A stretch of DNA of 60,376 nucleotides, filler included, from Sphacelaria rigidula (Eukaryota): NCBI GenBank assembly GCA_964200075.2. It is 5 parts of 5 records of this genome, joined end to end, with 100 filler letters (N's around TTAATTAATTAA, not from the genome) between each part and the next. Parts side by side here need not be neighbours in the genome. Positions count along the whole stretch, not along the records: positions 1 to 11,996 come from CAXNAA020004255.1; positions 12,097 to 24,092 come from CAXNAA020004256.1; 3 more parts are not named here. The stretch is one strand, 5' to 3'. Under the pieces are notes generated by a model, which ran no database searches, had not been told where the DNA came from, and saw nothing but the letters and a program-made list of their open reading frames with translations. The translations under genes were made by a program, and so were the position numbers. Numbering within the stretch: the first letter of the stretch is position 1; each line of letters opens with the position of its first letter. Below, in pieces: positions 1 through 12,720 of this stretch.

Positions 1-229
1 TTTCTACTTAACACAAAATTATATATTTGTTGTTTCAAGAACAAAAACACCCTCCCCCCCCCCCCCCCCCCCCCCCCCCCCCTACGACCCTCTATGCGAG
101 GTCAATGGTCTTTTGACTATCGCATGCATGATCATGAGTACACCCCTCCCCCCCCCCTACGACCCGCCAACTGCAGCGGAGTCGCGAGCCCGTGTTCATC
201 GATGCCTCGCTAAGCCCGGGTACGAGCAC

Positions 230-590
230 AACAGAGCAGCGGATGCTGGATTGTCACCACGACACCAGGGAGAACCCGCCCCCGACTCATGAGCAGGGTG
301 CTGCTTGGACACAGCAGACCTCAGTCTGACCATCCGAATCCTTCCAACGAGACGGGCGCTCTCCTACCCGAGCTCACTCAACCACTCGCACGCGTGCCTC
401 GGACCGCGTAGGGAGATAATGCGAAGCCGCCTCAACTCTGACCGCGAGCTACCGGACCCTGTACCGAATTCCGTTTCGTCCGCCTTACATGCCTCTGCTA
501 CACGCCACCGCGGCGGAGGGATGCACACCCGGCCCAGAATCCCGTAAGTGATTTGCTAGATGGCGGGTGTGTGGCTACATACGACATCGA
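230..590 (+). pseudogene. Possible degenerate non-LTR retrotransposon fragment (CRE/SLACS-like C-terminal region)
   Basis: Frameshifted peptides GAAWT and HASATRHRGGG resemble the region before/at the zinc knuckle of restriction-endonuclease-like non-LTR elements; weak. Confidence 0.25.
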
Positions 591-3021
591 AACCACAGTG
601 TCTACCGCTATATACTCAATGAGAGTGATGTGTGAAAATTCTCTGTCACGGGATGCGGCGCAGTCCTTGGGGTGTCGGTAGTCGGGAGTGCTGGCTGTAC
701 AGGGTTAAAAAAAAATGCGTGCGGATGTGCGTCAGCGCACGTCTTGAGGCCTAATTCGCGAGCAGCGCAGATTTTTCGCCGAACGCGGAAAAAAACAGGG
801 GAGGGGGGGAGGGGTCTGTTTGCCACATGTAGTGGTCTGCACGACAGGCACTATGCAGGCATTTGTAGATTTGTGGGACAAAAATGTAACCGTGTTTTAT
901 CATATTCATACTGCTACATACAACAGTACTCCACCTAATAGGCCAAAAATGAAATAATACAACCCACATCTTCATTGTTTTTTTTACGTATCTTGACGGG
1001 AAAAACCCATAGTTTTCACCGCCGGCGACCCCGACGGAGGGGGGCGACCTCCGGGGGCCTCTGCGGCGGAGTGCGTATCGCCTGCGACTTCCGTGTGTGC
1101 CAGCGTACGGAATGACTCCGAAATTTTCAAACCCTAGGAAAGTATACCGGTTGCGCCGCATGTTCATGTTACCTCGCGGATCAACGTGATCTGTGGAACA
1201 GCCCACATCTATTCGGGGCCGCTTCTTAACGTGACGGAGTAAATAAGCACACATAATACTGTAGATAAAAAATCCATGACAGACATGGTGACTAGTGGCC
1301 GCGATATAACCCCTCACAAATAAAGATAAACCTCCTGCTCATCAGTTGGGTGTTCGTGTGTGTGTGTGTGTGTTCATACTTTAGGTCCCTTATTCAAAAT
1401 CGGAAAAAACATTTCGGAGATTCAGGCGTCAGCTTCGTCTTGAGGAACACAATTCCGAAACCGTTTCTTGTGACTCTCGAAAACGTTTGTGGCTTCTCCC
1501 CCGAGATAGGCGCGCCTGTTCACGTGATACTTGCCATCATTTATTCGGTGCAAGAAATATGTTGTAGTCAGCGCTCTATTGACTATTGAATGCAGGTGTG
1601 CATTTCGTCTGTATTGCATGCACCGTATGCTTGTGGCATTTTTTGCACATGCATAGATGTAGCACACAGTCATACGCTTCAGCTGGGTACTGTTTGTAGA
1701 GCTACATACACCGTACTTGACGGGAGACAATTTTGACAAATCCCGTTCCCGACGAACATCGATCCCTCCGAAAACATCACACTTCACGTTCCTAGACAAA
1801 ACGTGCGGAAAAATTGATTCCCTGGACTACACCCCCTCTCGCAGACGTATTTTCCGTTCATATGGCCAACGATAAACGTTCCAGAACCCCCCCGTTCTCT
1901 TGAATGGGGAACATTAAACAGCGGCGCAACGGCCCTTGCTGTGATGCACGCTCGTCACACAGCGTAGACCTAATATTTCCTCCGTCACATAAGTAAGGTC
2001 CGTTATGATCACATGGACCGTTAACCGTGTGTTATGGGCGTTTTGTTTCAATCTTCAGGGGTCTTTTAGTTGAATCACGTCTCTCTCTCCCTCTCTCTCT
2101 TTTTTCTGTTTGCGCAGCAGCCAGCGTGTTTTCAATAAACGATCAGTCGGCCCCGAAATGGCCACATTTCGCCCCTTATCCAAAACACGAAAGAACCCTG
2201 GGAACCCGAAAAACGGCAAAAATCGCGAAAAAAAACATAACTGGCTCTTTTCCTCCGGTTCATCGCTGACATACGATAGCTACGCCTGATCCGCAACCAT
2301 TGGTTTGCGTTGAAGCCTTCAATTACCTCAACACAAGCCACTTTCCTCGAAATTCGGCCGAAAATGTACAGATTGGACGGAATTCGGTCGAAATTCGGCC
2401 ATGTTTGACCCAACGATTTCAAGGCTGTAGGTCGATTATTTTATTTATTTTTTTCTAGTGGCAATCCCCACAACTTTATACTTTCAGCGAACCAAACCAT
2501 AACATCGTGAGCACCTCCGTTGGCGAGGTACGGCCTATCCTCCATAACGGACTTTACTTGTGGGACAGAGGAAGTAACCACAACCACATATCGACTTCTG
2601 ATCCCGTCTTCCCACGATAGACAAGGCGTAGCTCGAGCCCTAGCTGTTGATCCGTCTGAGCATGGGGTTCTTTGATTGGGCCGGATCGGTCAAGGTTAAA
2701 TTATGAGAAACTAGCACGATGATTTGGGTCGGAGGTGCGCCGCAGAACACACGCACAAACGGTCAACACGGTCAACAGCTGCATCGTAAGCAACCGTCTT
2801 TTGAAACATACACGGCGATCCGCCTCTCCTGATACCGACAGGATCACCATCAAACGAATATGAGCAAGAGCTAGTGCTACACATGATACGCTCGTTGTGC
2901 GGGTTTCTCCGCGTGATTGTTTGGGCTCAGTTGTATGGTTGCCCCTTACACCGTGACGGTGTGTCGTGTGTTGTGTGTTGTCCCATCTATTCTGGACGCC
3001 AGTGCACACCTTTCGGTATAT

Positions 3022-3340
3022 GTGGGCGCATGCAGCCGGGGTCACACAGGAGGGAGGCCAATGCGGGAGTTGTTCTCTCTTTTTTTGTTCCAGTACTCCA
3101 CCTTCCTTTTGCGGTACTTGCCTTTTGTTTTTGTTCTTATCGCGAGAGGGGTTCAGCAGTCCCTTCCCCTAATCGACCGTCAAGTCGAATTTCGTGTACC
3201 CGCGACGTAGTCGCTCTCCACTGTCACTGTTGGGCATCGCGTGAGAAAAAATCCAAGATCGTGTGACTGCACCGAGATTTAAACCCACCACCTAACCATC
3301 AGAGGGTCTCGACGTTACCAACTAAGCCACCGGGGGAACC
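3022..3340 (-). mobile_element. tRNA-derived SINE, family 1
   Basis: Reverse strand begins GGTTCCCCCGGTGGCTTAGTTGGTAAC (A box)...GGGTTTAAATCTCGG (degenerate B box); body shared with 12474-12720 and 57544-57888. Confidence 0.75.
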
Positions 3341-4119
3341 TGCACTTCCCCCAGGATAGCCGGCCATCTGGATCACGCACACTGTTTTCAAATAAAATCG
3401 ATGCCGATTCAACAGGATCAAAATGAGGATCAGTGGTGGTTCTTGCAACGACCGTTGACATCTTCGCCACCGTTTCGGCGTACGTACGTCCAGTGCGAAG
3501 AAACACCGCCTTTCCACACAAGAAGTGCACTTTTGTGATCTTGTGAAGACTCCAAACGGTCGGTTCGGCCAGACAAACTTTGGCCGTTCATGTTTAATCG
3601 AGACAAGAAAAAGAAGAAAAAAAAAAAAAAGGAAAGCGAGTAAAAAAGTTTGTTTGTTCACAACGATCACCTTGGGTAGTACTGCACAAATAATTTCCGA
3701 TAATATTTGGTATTCTTATCTACTGTACTGTAGGGCTCCAGCAAAAATGATCGATTACTTAATTCTAGAGTAATCACAAATATTCGGATCTTCAATGGGG
3801 TTGGCAGTCCCAAGTGCTTTTACCTCCTGCAATAGCTTGTCCAGAACGGGTTCATGCCCAAATTTTTGGCACAGCAGGTCGTGTTTACCCCTTTGATTGC
3901 GCGTGGTGGTCCGTTGGTGAATCGGCGCCATTTTCATTCCTTCTAAGGGTCGGACAAACAATGATTCGTCTGTAAAGTACGTGGTTTTAGTATAACTGAT
4001 TCGACTCGTACGAATCCATCCCTAGGCTTTGTTTTCAGCGTTGCAACCCAGGTACACGAAGCCCAGACGCGTGGAATGGCGCAAAAGTTGCTTGGATACC
4101 CCTTGGACCAGCGGTCAAC

Positions 4120-4290
4120 TTTTCCTCCCTTCAGGGCAATCAGGCCGAAGAAATCGTGGATTTGGTGATTTTGAGTCGTGATGATTTGTCCTAACCGTGA
4201 TTCCTTCAAGTGAAAGTGATGCCTATTCACAAATGGACCACCGCTCGGAGTCGAGGGGGTTACGCCTTGGACTTGGGAGTGGTTGACGGG
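4120..4290. repeat. Dispersed repeat also present at the start of contig 3 (24193-24270)
   Basis: GGGCAATCAGGC...ATTTTGAGTCGTGATGATTTGTCCTAACCGTGA occurs at ~4133-4200 and ~24202-24268. Confidence 0.75.
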
Positions 4291-5099
4291 ACGCTCTCGG
4301 AAAAAAACGATTTTGAACCAGCTCTAATGCTAACGCTAACGCTATCATATGTATAATAATAAAAAATAATAATGACAGTAACGCTTACGCTAACGCTGAC
4401 CCTAACTCCCGGCCCAACGCTCACGATAACCCTCGGGCAAGAAGGGTGAAAATGGTGCTCTAGGCAACCGTGTTCACGCTAAAACCAAGTGATCAACCGT
4501 TTCTAAAAAGAACGCGTGAAAGCTCTACTGAACAAAAAACCAACTATTAGAGAGTTTCGGAAAAACATTCAAAAGTTAATTTCAGAATTAGTATGGAAGA
4601 ACTCAAGAATGGAAGCTTTTAAAAACTTGAGAACGGAAGGTGAAAACTTGAAGACGAAAGCTAACGTGACGTAGCCTGACGTCACTTCATCGTCCGAAGT
4701 GATGGGCCGCAGTTTGCTCTACCAAATGTGCGATCGACCAGCATCCGGTTCGAAAATGCGTGTATGAGCACAGCACGGCACAGTAGCGAGTCTCTAGGAA
4801 AAAACAGTACATTACTACGGTAATGTACCGTACCCTAGGGCACCGTACTGTACCGTACCGTACGAACGTACCGTACACTGCAGTGCACTAGTGGGCACTG
4901 GTTTACGGTACAGCATACAGTTATGGGGGTGAATGGGGGCCGATTTGGGGTGCAATATTTCGGGAAAGTGTGCATCGACACCCATCTGCGGAAGAAATGA
5001 AGCCTAAATGAGCCAATCAGCACCAACCACAAGTACACGCGTCACCTCGGAACAACGACCTGGCTACACAAATTGTACCACAAAGTAGCACATCTCTAT

Positions 5100-5460
5100 A
5101 ACAAACAAGCCTGTCACTGACGTTGCTGTACATCTGTACTCAGGGTCACGACAACAGGAAGATCGAAGGTGCTACTCGTGTTGTGGTTGTGCCCCTCTTG
5201 TTGCACCACGTTGTTGTGCCAATCCTTCACCGCGGATTTCTTAGCAACAAACCAGAGGATTGGACTGCGGTTTCTTGCGTGCGCTTGCCACACACCTAGC
5301 TGGTGGATCGAGGAAGAAATTTCCTCAACGTGTTGACACAAAGGCCGCACCAGACCAAAATGTACTATTTCTTTTTCTTCTTCCTGGGTCTACTGTGGCG
5401 AATTGAGCAAATCTCCAGCTTGGTTCCTTCCTTAGCTTTTGTGTGGGTGCGGGCGGGCTG
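5100..5460 (-). pseudogene. Possible degenerate BED zinc-finger (hAT N-terminus)
   Basis: RKEPSWRFAQF...RPLCQH...GVWQAHARNRSP loosely fits BED spacing; short-motif subterminal-like array at 6105-6312. Confidence 0.25.
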
Positions 5461-6530
5461 AGAAGTTGTGAAGCGACACTTTGGATTTTAAAATCAACTG
5501 CTCATAACACGGCGTCGATCCTGAGAAGTTGACGCTGAGGCCGTGTCTGAGCACATCAGCTTTCGATCGAAAAAGTGCGGTGGAAAACAAAAATCCCGAT
5601 CTCATGAGCCGTGATTTCAACCATCTTCAAAAATAACGACGATGGTTGAAATGATGACCTGTCACATCGGGTTTCTTGTTTTCCGCCGCACAAATTCGAT
5701 CGGAAACTAGTGTGCTAAGTAAGACACGCCCTGAGCTTTTCTTCACAATGGAATTTGTACCGCTACCGTATTTTCCCCTTCCATTCTGGTCCTGAAGTGC
5801 GAAAAAACACTTCCCGAAACACTCTATTACTTTACGAGTATGAGAATTAGTTATGGACCCTCCGAACTGAGTTTTGTGCTTGAAAATACGCGATTTACTC
5901 AGGGGGACTGTCAAAAACACCGGTAGGCTCGCCAGAATGCCCCCCGTAGTTTTCCGGGAGCTCCCTGGAGCAGTTGTCCGTTTTACCAGGGTCACACTTG
6001 GAGTACTTGTCCAAGTTGCCAGTTCTGAGGACGTGATACATCTCACTCCTGCGCCAAAATAAAATACTACTCACTCCGATCCAAAATTTAAGATCGGTGA
6101 GGCTACTTCATGTGTATCGAAAAAACTTTATCATAAAACGCGTTTTCTGATAGTTGACCAAAAATCTACCTATCATGTGATCAGAGAACGCGTTTTTTAA
6201 TGGAATATGTTCTGATAACATTTTCCGATAGCCCAAAGTTATCAGAAAATCACGATTTTCCGATAGCCTTGGGCTATCGAAAAATGTTATCGAAAAAGCC
6301 TTTGTACCTCGTTTGAACACACATTACAGCCCACGACAGCACCTGTGATGACTTGGCTGCCATCACTACTACTGCTATCGTTGGTGCCCGCGGGTTTTCA
6401 GCGTGTTGCATCGTTGCCCCTCGCTCGCCAGTAGCGTGGTGGCCCTTTACCCCATGAGAACAGCAGAGGGCAGTGTAGATGGCGACTGCTGTACAGACAC
6501 GACAGTCTATACTGTATGCCGCCCGTACAA

Positions 6531-6890
6531 AATTGTAGCTCAGTTCAGGTCTGTGCACGCAGCGTGTTGTCAACAACAGCCGTCGCAATGCTTTACAGAC
6601 TGCCCGCGCACCTAAGCCTTGTAGAGACAGGACCGGACTGACAGTACACACGAGACTATGAAATAGTTAGTGCTACTACTGTGGTAGATCCAACGCACAC
6701 AACTAAACAGTAGTGTCTGTACTGTACAGTACAATGGAGCGAACTTGCAGCTCAGTTGAGGTCTGTGCATGCAGCTTGTTGCGAACAGACGTCGCTTTGC
6801 AGTACAGACTGCCTACGCACCCAAGCCTTGTAGATACAGGACCGTACTGACAGTACACACAAGACTATGAACAGTGCTACTGTTGTAGTA
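6531..6890 (+). repeat. Diverged tandem duplication, period ~212 bp
   Basis: AGCTCAGTT.AGGTCTGTGCA...AAGCCTTGTAGA.ACAGGACC...ACTGACAGTACACAC.AGACTATGAA at 6537 and 6749. Confidence 0.85.
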
Positions 6891-7799
6891 CTACAGCCGA
6901 TGCATGCAATACAGCACTGTTGTGTGTACTGTTGTCCGTGCTGTCGTTTCAGTCAAGTACCACCGTGCAGTGAAGAAGCACGACCGTCACTTCTACAGTC
7001 AGTTCGTACAGCAAGGCAGTGTTCTTTTTGACGGTCTTGCGTCACGCAGCCCATCATGTATTGCTCAGGCATTGTATAACAGCAGTACCGATAATCAGTG
7101 CGGACCGTACACCACGACAGGACAGCAGAGTGCTGCGTCTCTCTCGCGCGCCCCAGAATTTGAAATTATGCCTCCACACCTCATAGAAAACGATCAACAC
7201 TGCGTTTTCAATGTTGATAGTGCGTCGATCACCTAAGAAGGGCTCGTTTGAAAAATTATGTTGGAAAACATGTTGAAAAAGGGCTTTTCTGACAACGTGT
7301 TTTTTTATACAGGAGAAGTAGCATAAGGACGAAATGCTTAGGTCAACTCTTATGGGTGCGTTAAATTTTTTTTTTGCAATAATTTCAAACGATATTTTTT
7401 TTCTTCTTTGCCGTAGTTGTGTATTTTGTGCCCGTTCACCATGATGACAGAGAAAAAAAAACTCCTCTGACATTGTTGCAAAATAAAATTTCAAACGCTC
7501 TCATAAGAGTTGGCCTTGTCAACCTCTCGATGAAAAATTGGGGCGGGAGTTCGATAAAAACCTAAAACGTCATTTTTTCTTCGTAAAATACACTTCGTTT
7601 TCCATTTTTTTCTTCTTCTTGCTGTATTTTTCGCTTCAAAGGTGCCGATCTTTGGCACCCTGTAGTTCCGCTCCCGGTCAAGAGGGCAGATGTTCGTTTC
7701 GTTATCAAATTGTCGGTCTGCAGCATGCTCTATATACCCAAGATTACACCTAAAAAAAGAGATTGGAAAAAAAACTTCTCTTCGCTCCATACAGGAGAA

Positions 7800-9290
7800 A
7801 AAACGGCATTCGAGTTTCCCTACTCACCAGATCTTCGGGAAATCCGCTCAGAGAAAAAAGCAATTATCCGGAGCGGATGCAAATTTACCGTCCCTTGTTG
7901 TAGGCCATATCTTTCGTCTGTATACTGACGGGAGCACGGCAAAAAACAATGGTGCAAGAACACCTTTTGTGACGCTTTCAACGACAAAACCGATAATTCA
8001 TTCCGGAAACCCTCACCGATTAATATTTTCGATCGGAGGGAGTATCTATTTGTGACCGCCCGATTTTGCCCGCACACAAAAATCATGACACTTTTGAACG
8101 GAAACTTTTTGCTTGCGCATTTCTCGACCGTGGGAGAAGTCACCCTCGTGAGACTTGGTGCACTAGTTGGACACAACGCAGGCAGTATGTGTACCGGGGA
8201 ACAGCTCCTTTCGGCCATAGAGCAAATTAAACCAAGCGAATACCCATATATCGTCGATAGGCCCTCAAAACGGCCACTCGCCAACCCAGATTCTGTGCAC
8301 TGCGAGTTGATGCATATGTGGACATGGCGGTGCACTCACTTCCAGATCATGATCCCCTGGGAGGGTACAGTACTGGCAAACGAACATAGATCAGTATTGG
8401 CACACCATCCGGAAATGGTAATACGTGGAAAAGTCATTCCGGTATCGTCGCTGCAAGGCGCTGAAACTTCAGTCATATGTCATGTAAACCACAATCAACA
8501 AGCCGATGCTCTTTTCATCCCCTCGCGCACTTTGTAAACACATTTTCGGCGCAGGACTGACGTTGGATTTTTGGCCAAAAATCGTCAAGAATCCATTATT
8601 TGTGGTCCCAGTTTTGACGGAGGAGACGCTCGGGACAAGAATGGATGGGCCAAACATTATATTGATACCCTGATAAAAGGAGAAGCGCCTCAGAAAACCG
8701 TCAAAACACAGGGGGAGCATCCTGACGAGCCTATCGGTGTTGTTGGCTATCCAGCTGGGAAAAAAACAAAGTAGTTGTCCAGAAACCCGTTATGAGACAC
8801 GACCATTTATTTCGGACTGCTTCTTCTCGTACTGTTGAGACACTCTGTCGGACAAATCCGAGAGGATTTTTCAGAAATTACATTCCCCGAGACAAAAAGG
8901 GAGGCGGGCATCGCCAAGAACAATCGTGAATGTAATTCTGGGAGGTGATTTTTTTGCCCAAAATTGCCAAGTCCGCCCAGTCAAACTGGGGGTACGAATT
9001 ATCCATCCAGTTCGCCGAGATTCTCTCGGAGAGTCCTTCCAAAATTGCACAATCCGTCGGTCACATTTATCAGACTAAAATGCTACAACGTCAGGAATGT
9101 TTACGCGTACTTCCACTCCAACCTCAGGCACACCGAGAACCCTCGGGCACGGGGCAAAAGTATGCATCGTCTCAACAGGCGCCACTTGAGCAAAAACGTT
9201 TTGTCGGCAAGCTGGCGAGCATGTGGGACTACTGTCATATCGTTTACCCCCCACAAAAAGATCCGAATACTCGGCGTCCCACCCTCATAC
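7800..9290 (-). pseudogene. Degenerate hAT-superfamily transposase
   Basis: Ordered, frameshifted motifs on the minus strand: RENLGELDG*FVPP (dimerisation-like), FSQLDS (first D), ITISGWCAN, PCPHMHQLAV (CxxH..QLAV-like), ENINR*G (TRW with TGG>TGA). Confidence 0.5.
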
Positions 9291-9300
9291 TGTATGTTAA

Positions 9301-9398
9301 CCCTTAGACCACGAGGTTAGTCTTCTGTTGAATCGGCGTCAATTTCAAGTGAAAAAAAGTATCCATGATCCAGAAGGACTAATCTCGCGGTCCAAGGG
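9301..9398. mobile_element. piggyBac-type MITE (TTAA target duplication)
   Basis: TTAA|CCCTTAGACCACGAGGTTAGTC...GACTAATCTCGCGGTCCAAGGG|TTAA; related fragments at ~3355-3420 and ~11072-11142. Confidence 0.75.
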
Positions 9399-11996
9399 TT
9401 AAAAATACATACGAAGTACTATTTATTCAATCACGAGGTTTCGTTTTCGGCGACCAACTCGTGTAAACGTTACCACCCACCAAAGACAGCGCCGCATCGC
9501 TGAAATAGGCCATTGTCGGAGAGATGTTCTGTTTCCATAGCCGCAAAAAGCGGCCGAAGACACACGAAGGTCGACGAACCATCCACCACCGAGCTAGAGT
9601 CCGGTTACGTAGAACAGTATACCATACTCGTACTGTTTGTGGAACGGTTTCTCGGCCTTCTTTGTCGAATGAAAGACTGGAGCAGCGTGGATATCATAGG
9701 TCGCCCTCACAAGCAATGATGGCCGTGGATCCGTCTCGCGGGCACGCAGCACGGGAGTAATGAAAACAACTTTACATCGAAATGTTAGGGCAGAGGAGAG
9801 GAGCGTGTAGGGGGGCGAAACCTTGGAACAGCAATCTTTGATACTCGGTCCCGCTGACCGGTGACACGCCGTGACAGCCATTATAGGTTCCACATTTAAA
9901 TCGGTGCTCACGCAAATTCGGGGAGACTTCATTGCCTGCTGTTCTCTGGGGTTTTAGAAAGGTGCGATCCAGAACCAAACACACATTTGTTCCAAGAACA
10001 GATGTATCCCCACGCCCTCCATGAAACAAAATCCCACAGACAGCACCATTGTACTATATCGTGCTGCGTTGAACTCACCCTATCGAGTTCGGTGCACCTG
10101 AGTCCCGAGGCTGGCAAGGTAACCCTGAGTGCGCCATTAGTGTTCCTGTTCTGAAAAACAGCTCGCGCCATCTGAGCACAGCTCTTTACCACAACAGCCT
10201 GGTGATAGCTTGAGGCTGTGTTGTGCGTCGCCTCCGAAACTCCGGTAGCGCGACGAAGACACAACAAGGAACAGAGCACCAACGCCATAGCAACAGTGCT
10301 GCTTTTGTTTTTGCTTCTAGTGATGCTGTATCTTCTTCTGAGACTGCGGCTGCTATCGTTGCCGCTGATCGAAGATAGCATCAGGGGCATTGTTGGCTTC
10401 CCTCTCGGCTCCCCAAGAGCTGCGGGGTATGTCTCGTGTGGCGGAAACGGAAGGAAGATGTGTGTCTCAAAGCTGTCGGCTTCTCATCACACGGAATATT
10501 GACCACAGAATGAGGTACACCAGTCGCACACTTCCAAGGGTGCTTGGCGGTGTGAGGTAGATGTACGTTCGCTGCGCTTGGATGGTACGCTGTTGCGTTT
10601 GTGCCTTTCACGACAGACTACAAACAACCACCATCGTATCTCACATATCCCGCTGCCACGCACGAACTTTTGTCATGATTCTAGGTTGTGCATCTTATTT
10701 TATTTTATTTTTCAACGGTTCAAAGGTCGGTTTGATAACTGGAACGTCGTCATGTCGTCGCCTGGGTTTTTCCCAATCAGAGTTTTCGTTGGATTGATTA
10801 TGCGTTTCATCTACACTTCGCTCCTGCACTGACAGAGGGGTAATGATTGCTTGTGCGTACAGTAGGTGCCCGGAATCTTCTTTGACATGCCGTTTTCAAC
10901 GTACACAAGTGAAATTTATGCCGCGTCAACAGATCAGCGATATGCGGGTAGTCAATGCGTTCGGTTAACCCTCTCAGCGCCAGCGTCATCTGCTAGTCAG
11001 ATCGGCATCATGCTCAATTGAAAAATGGTTGTCCGGCTCAGATTGTCCAACCTGACGGTCAAATAGTCAATCCCCTTGACCGCGAGAGTAGGCCATCTGG
11101 GTCATAAATTACTTTTTCAAGTGAGATTGATGCCAATTCAACTTATATGACCTGTTCTAGCTGTCAAAGGGTCGACAAGGGCAAGGGTTACTACTGTACT
11201 TTATTCGTCCTGTTTTTGCACGCGTGCTTCATGCCTGCGGCGGTCACTGGATAGATACGAGTACTGTATATTGTTGGGTATGGTAACGTGGAAGTAGACG
11301 CTGGCTTTCTAGGAATGGTATTGTTTTACTCGAGCCGTATATGTCTCGCCATTTTTTTTTTCGTGTCAACAATGTGCAGTCGAATCGAATTCGATCGCAT
11401 CTGATACGCCCACGGCATTATTCATTTCATCAGATGGTTGAGAACATGGATGACGTGGACGTATCGGGTACGAGCGCTTCCGATTCCACAGCACGTTTTC
11501 GAGTCCGAAACCATTTGATGAGATACGGTCTCAGGGCCAATCTTCATCGGGAAACCCCAATCTGAAACAAACAGAGTTATGCCTCGTGATTCATTGGTGG
11601 CTGGCTGCTGATCACACGACGCAATAATAATCAAGCGGGGCGTGACTCGCCAAATAAGTACGATCTTATTCAAGAGCGATGCCGCGTTTCCCCCCCCCAG
11701 GAAAAACACGGGAATTTTCAAATTGCGGGTAGATTTTTGCTTGAGGAGGAACCAATGGAACATTCAACAGCACCGGAATATTCTCGAAAACAAAATACAA
11801 CCGCACTGCGTATGTATCCGGTTCGTGCGAAGTGTCTGACCCACAACAACAACAACAATAATAATAATAGTTGCGTATGCCATAGCAAGGGGCCCTACAG
11901 ACTGGAAAACGGTTTATACCCCCCCCCCCCCCCCCCCCCCCGGGGGGTGCGGAGTAGGGGGAACACAAAAAAAAGGGCCCCCAAACCCGGCTCCCC

Positions 11997-12096
11997 NNNN
12001 NNNNNNNNNNNNNNNNNNNNNNNNNNNNNNNNNNNNNNNNTTAATTAATTAANNNNNNNNNNNNNNNNNNNNNNNNNNNNNNNNNNNNNNNNNNNN
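11997..12096. other. Artificial contig spacer (N44-TTAATTAATTAA-N44)
   Basis: Identical 100-nt linker with stops in all six frames; flanking contigs are 11996/11996/11995/11995/11994 nt, i.e. length-sorted concatenation. Confidence 0.97.
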
Positions 12097-12473
12097 CCCC
12101 GCCCCCATCCACTCCCCCCTGCCGATCCAAAACTGGGTCACGGGGATGAAGGTGTTCGAGCGTGCCAGTTCATCATCTGAAGCTAGCCGCAACATCGAAG
12201 GCCGAGGCCGCTGATCAAGCAGGCCCGTCGGCAGGAACAGAAAAGAAAGAACGCCGTCGTATCATAAAAATCGTTTTTGTCGCGGAGAATTAAATCAAGT
12301 ATAAAGTGAACGTACACAGTATATGCGTGGGTCGCAATCTGTCAACTCCCATAATTTCCACCTCGCGACGACACTCACACGACTTATCATCATCGCATGA
12401 CTGGTGTTGTGGGTGTGTTGTCATCCCCTCTATTATTCTGCACGTCAGTCTACGAATTCCGGTATAATACTCT

Positions 12474-12513
12474 GTGGGCACATCAGCCGGGGTCACAGGA
12501 GGGAGCTCAACGC

Positions 12514-12547
<34 letters not shown>

Positions 12548-12720
12548 CTTTTCGGTTAGTACTCCACCTTCCTTTTGCGGCGCTTGCCTTTCTTTTTATC
12601 GAGAAGGTTTTAGCGGTCCCTTTCCCTCTCATCGATCGTGAAGTCGAATTTAATTACTGTACCCACAGGTAACGATACACTGTAGTCGCTCTCGACTGTT
12701 GGTAGCTCTCCACTGTTGGA
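12474..12720 (-). mobile_element. SINE family 1, head-less copy
   Basis: Shares CAGCCGGGGTCAC, GTACTCCACCTTCCTTTTGCGG, AAGTCGAATTT, GTAGTCGCTCTC and CACTGTTGG blocks with 3022-3340. Confidence 0.7.

Noticed and set aside
50-160. Poly-C/G tracts at contig ends (also ~11919-11947, 24013-24092, 36127-36187) as functional G-quadruplex elements
   Set aside because: They coincide with assembly breaks, where base calls and lengths are unreliable
11737-12048. ORFs running into X residues (also 23855-24148, 36236-36595, 47975-48334)
   Set aside because: Artefacts of reading into the N linkers
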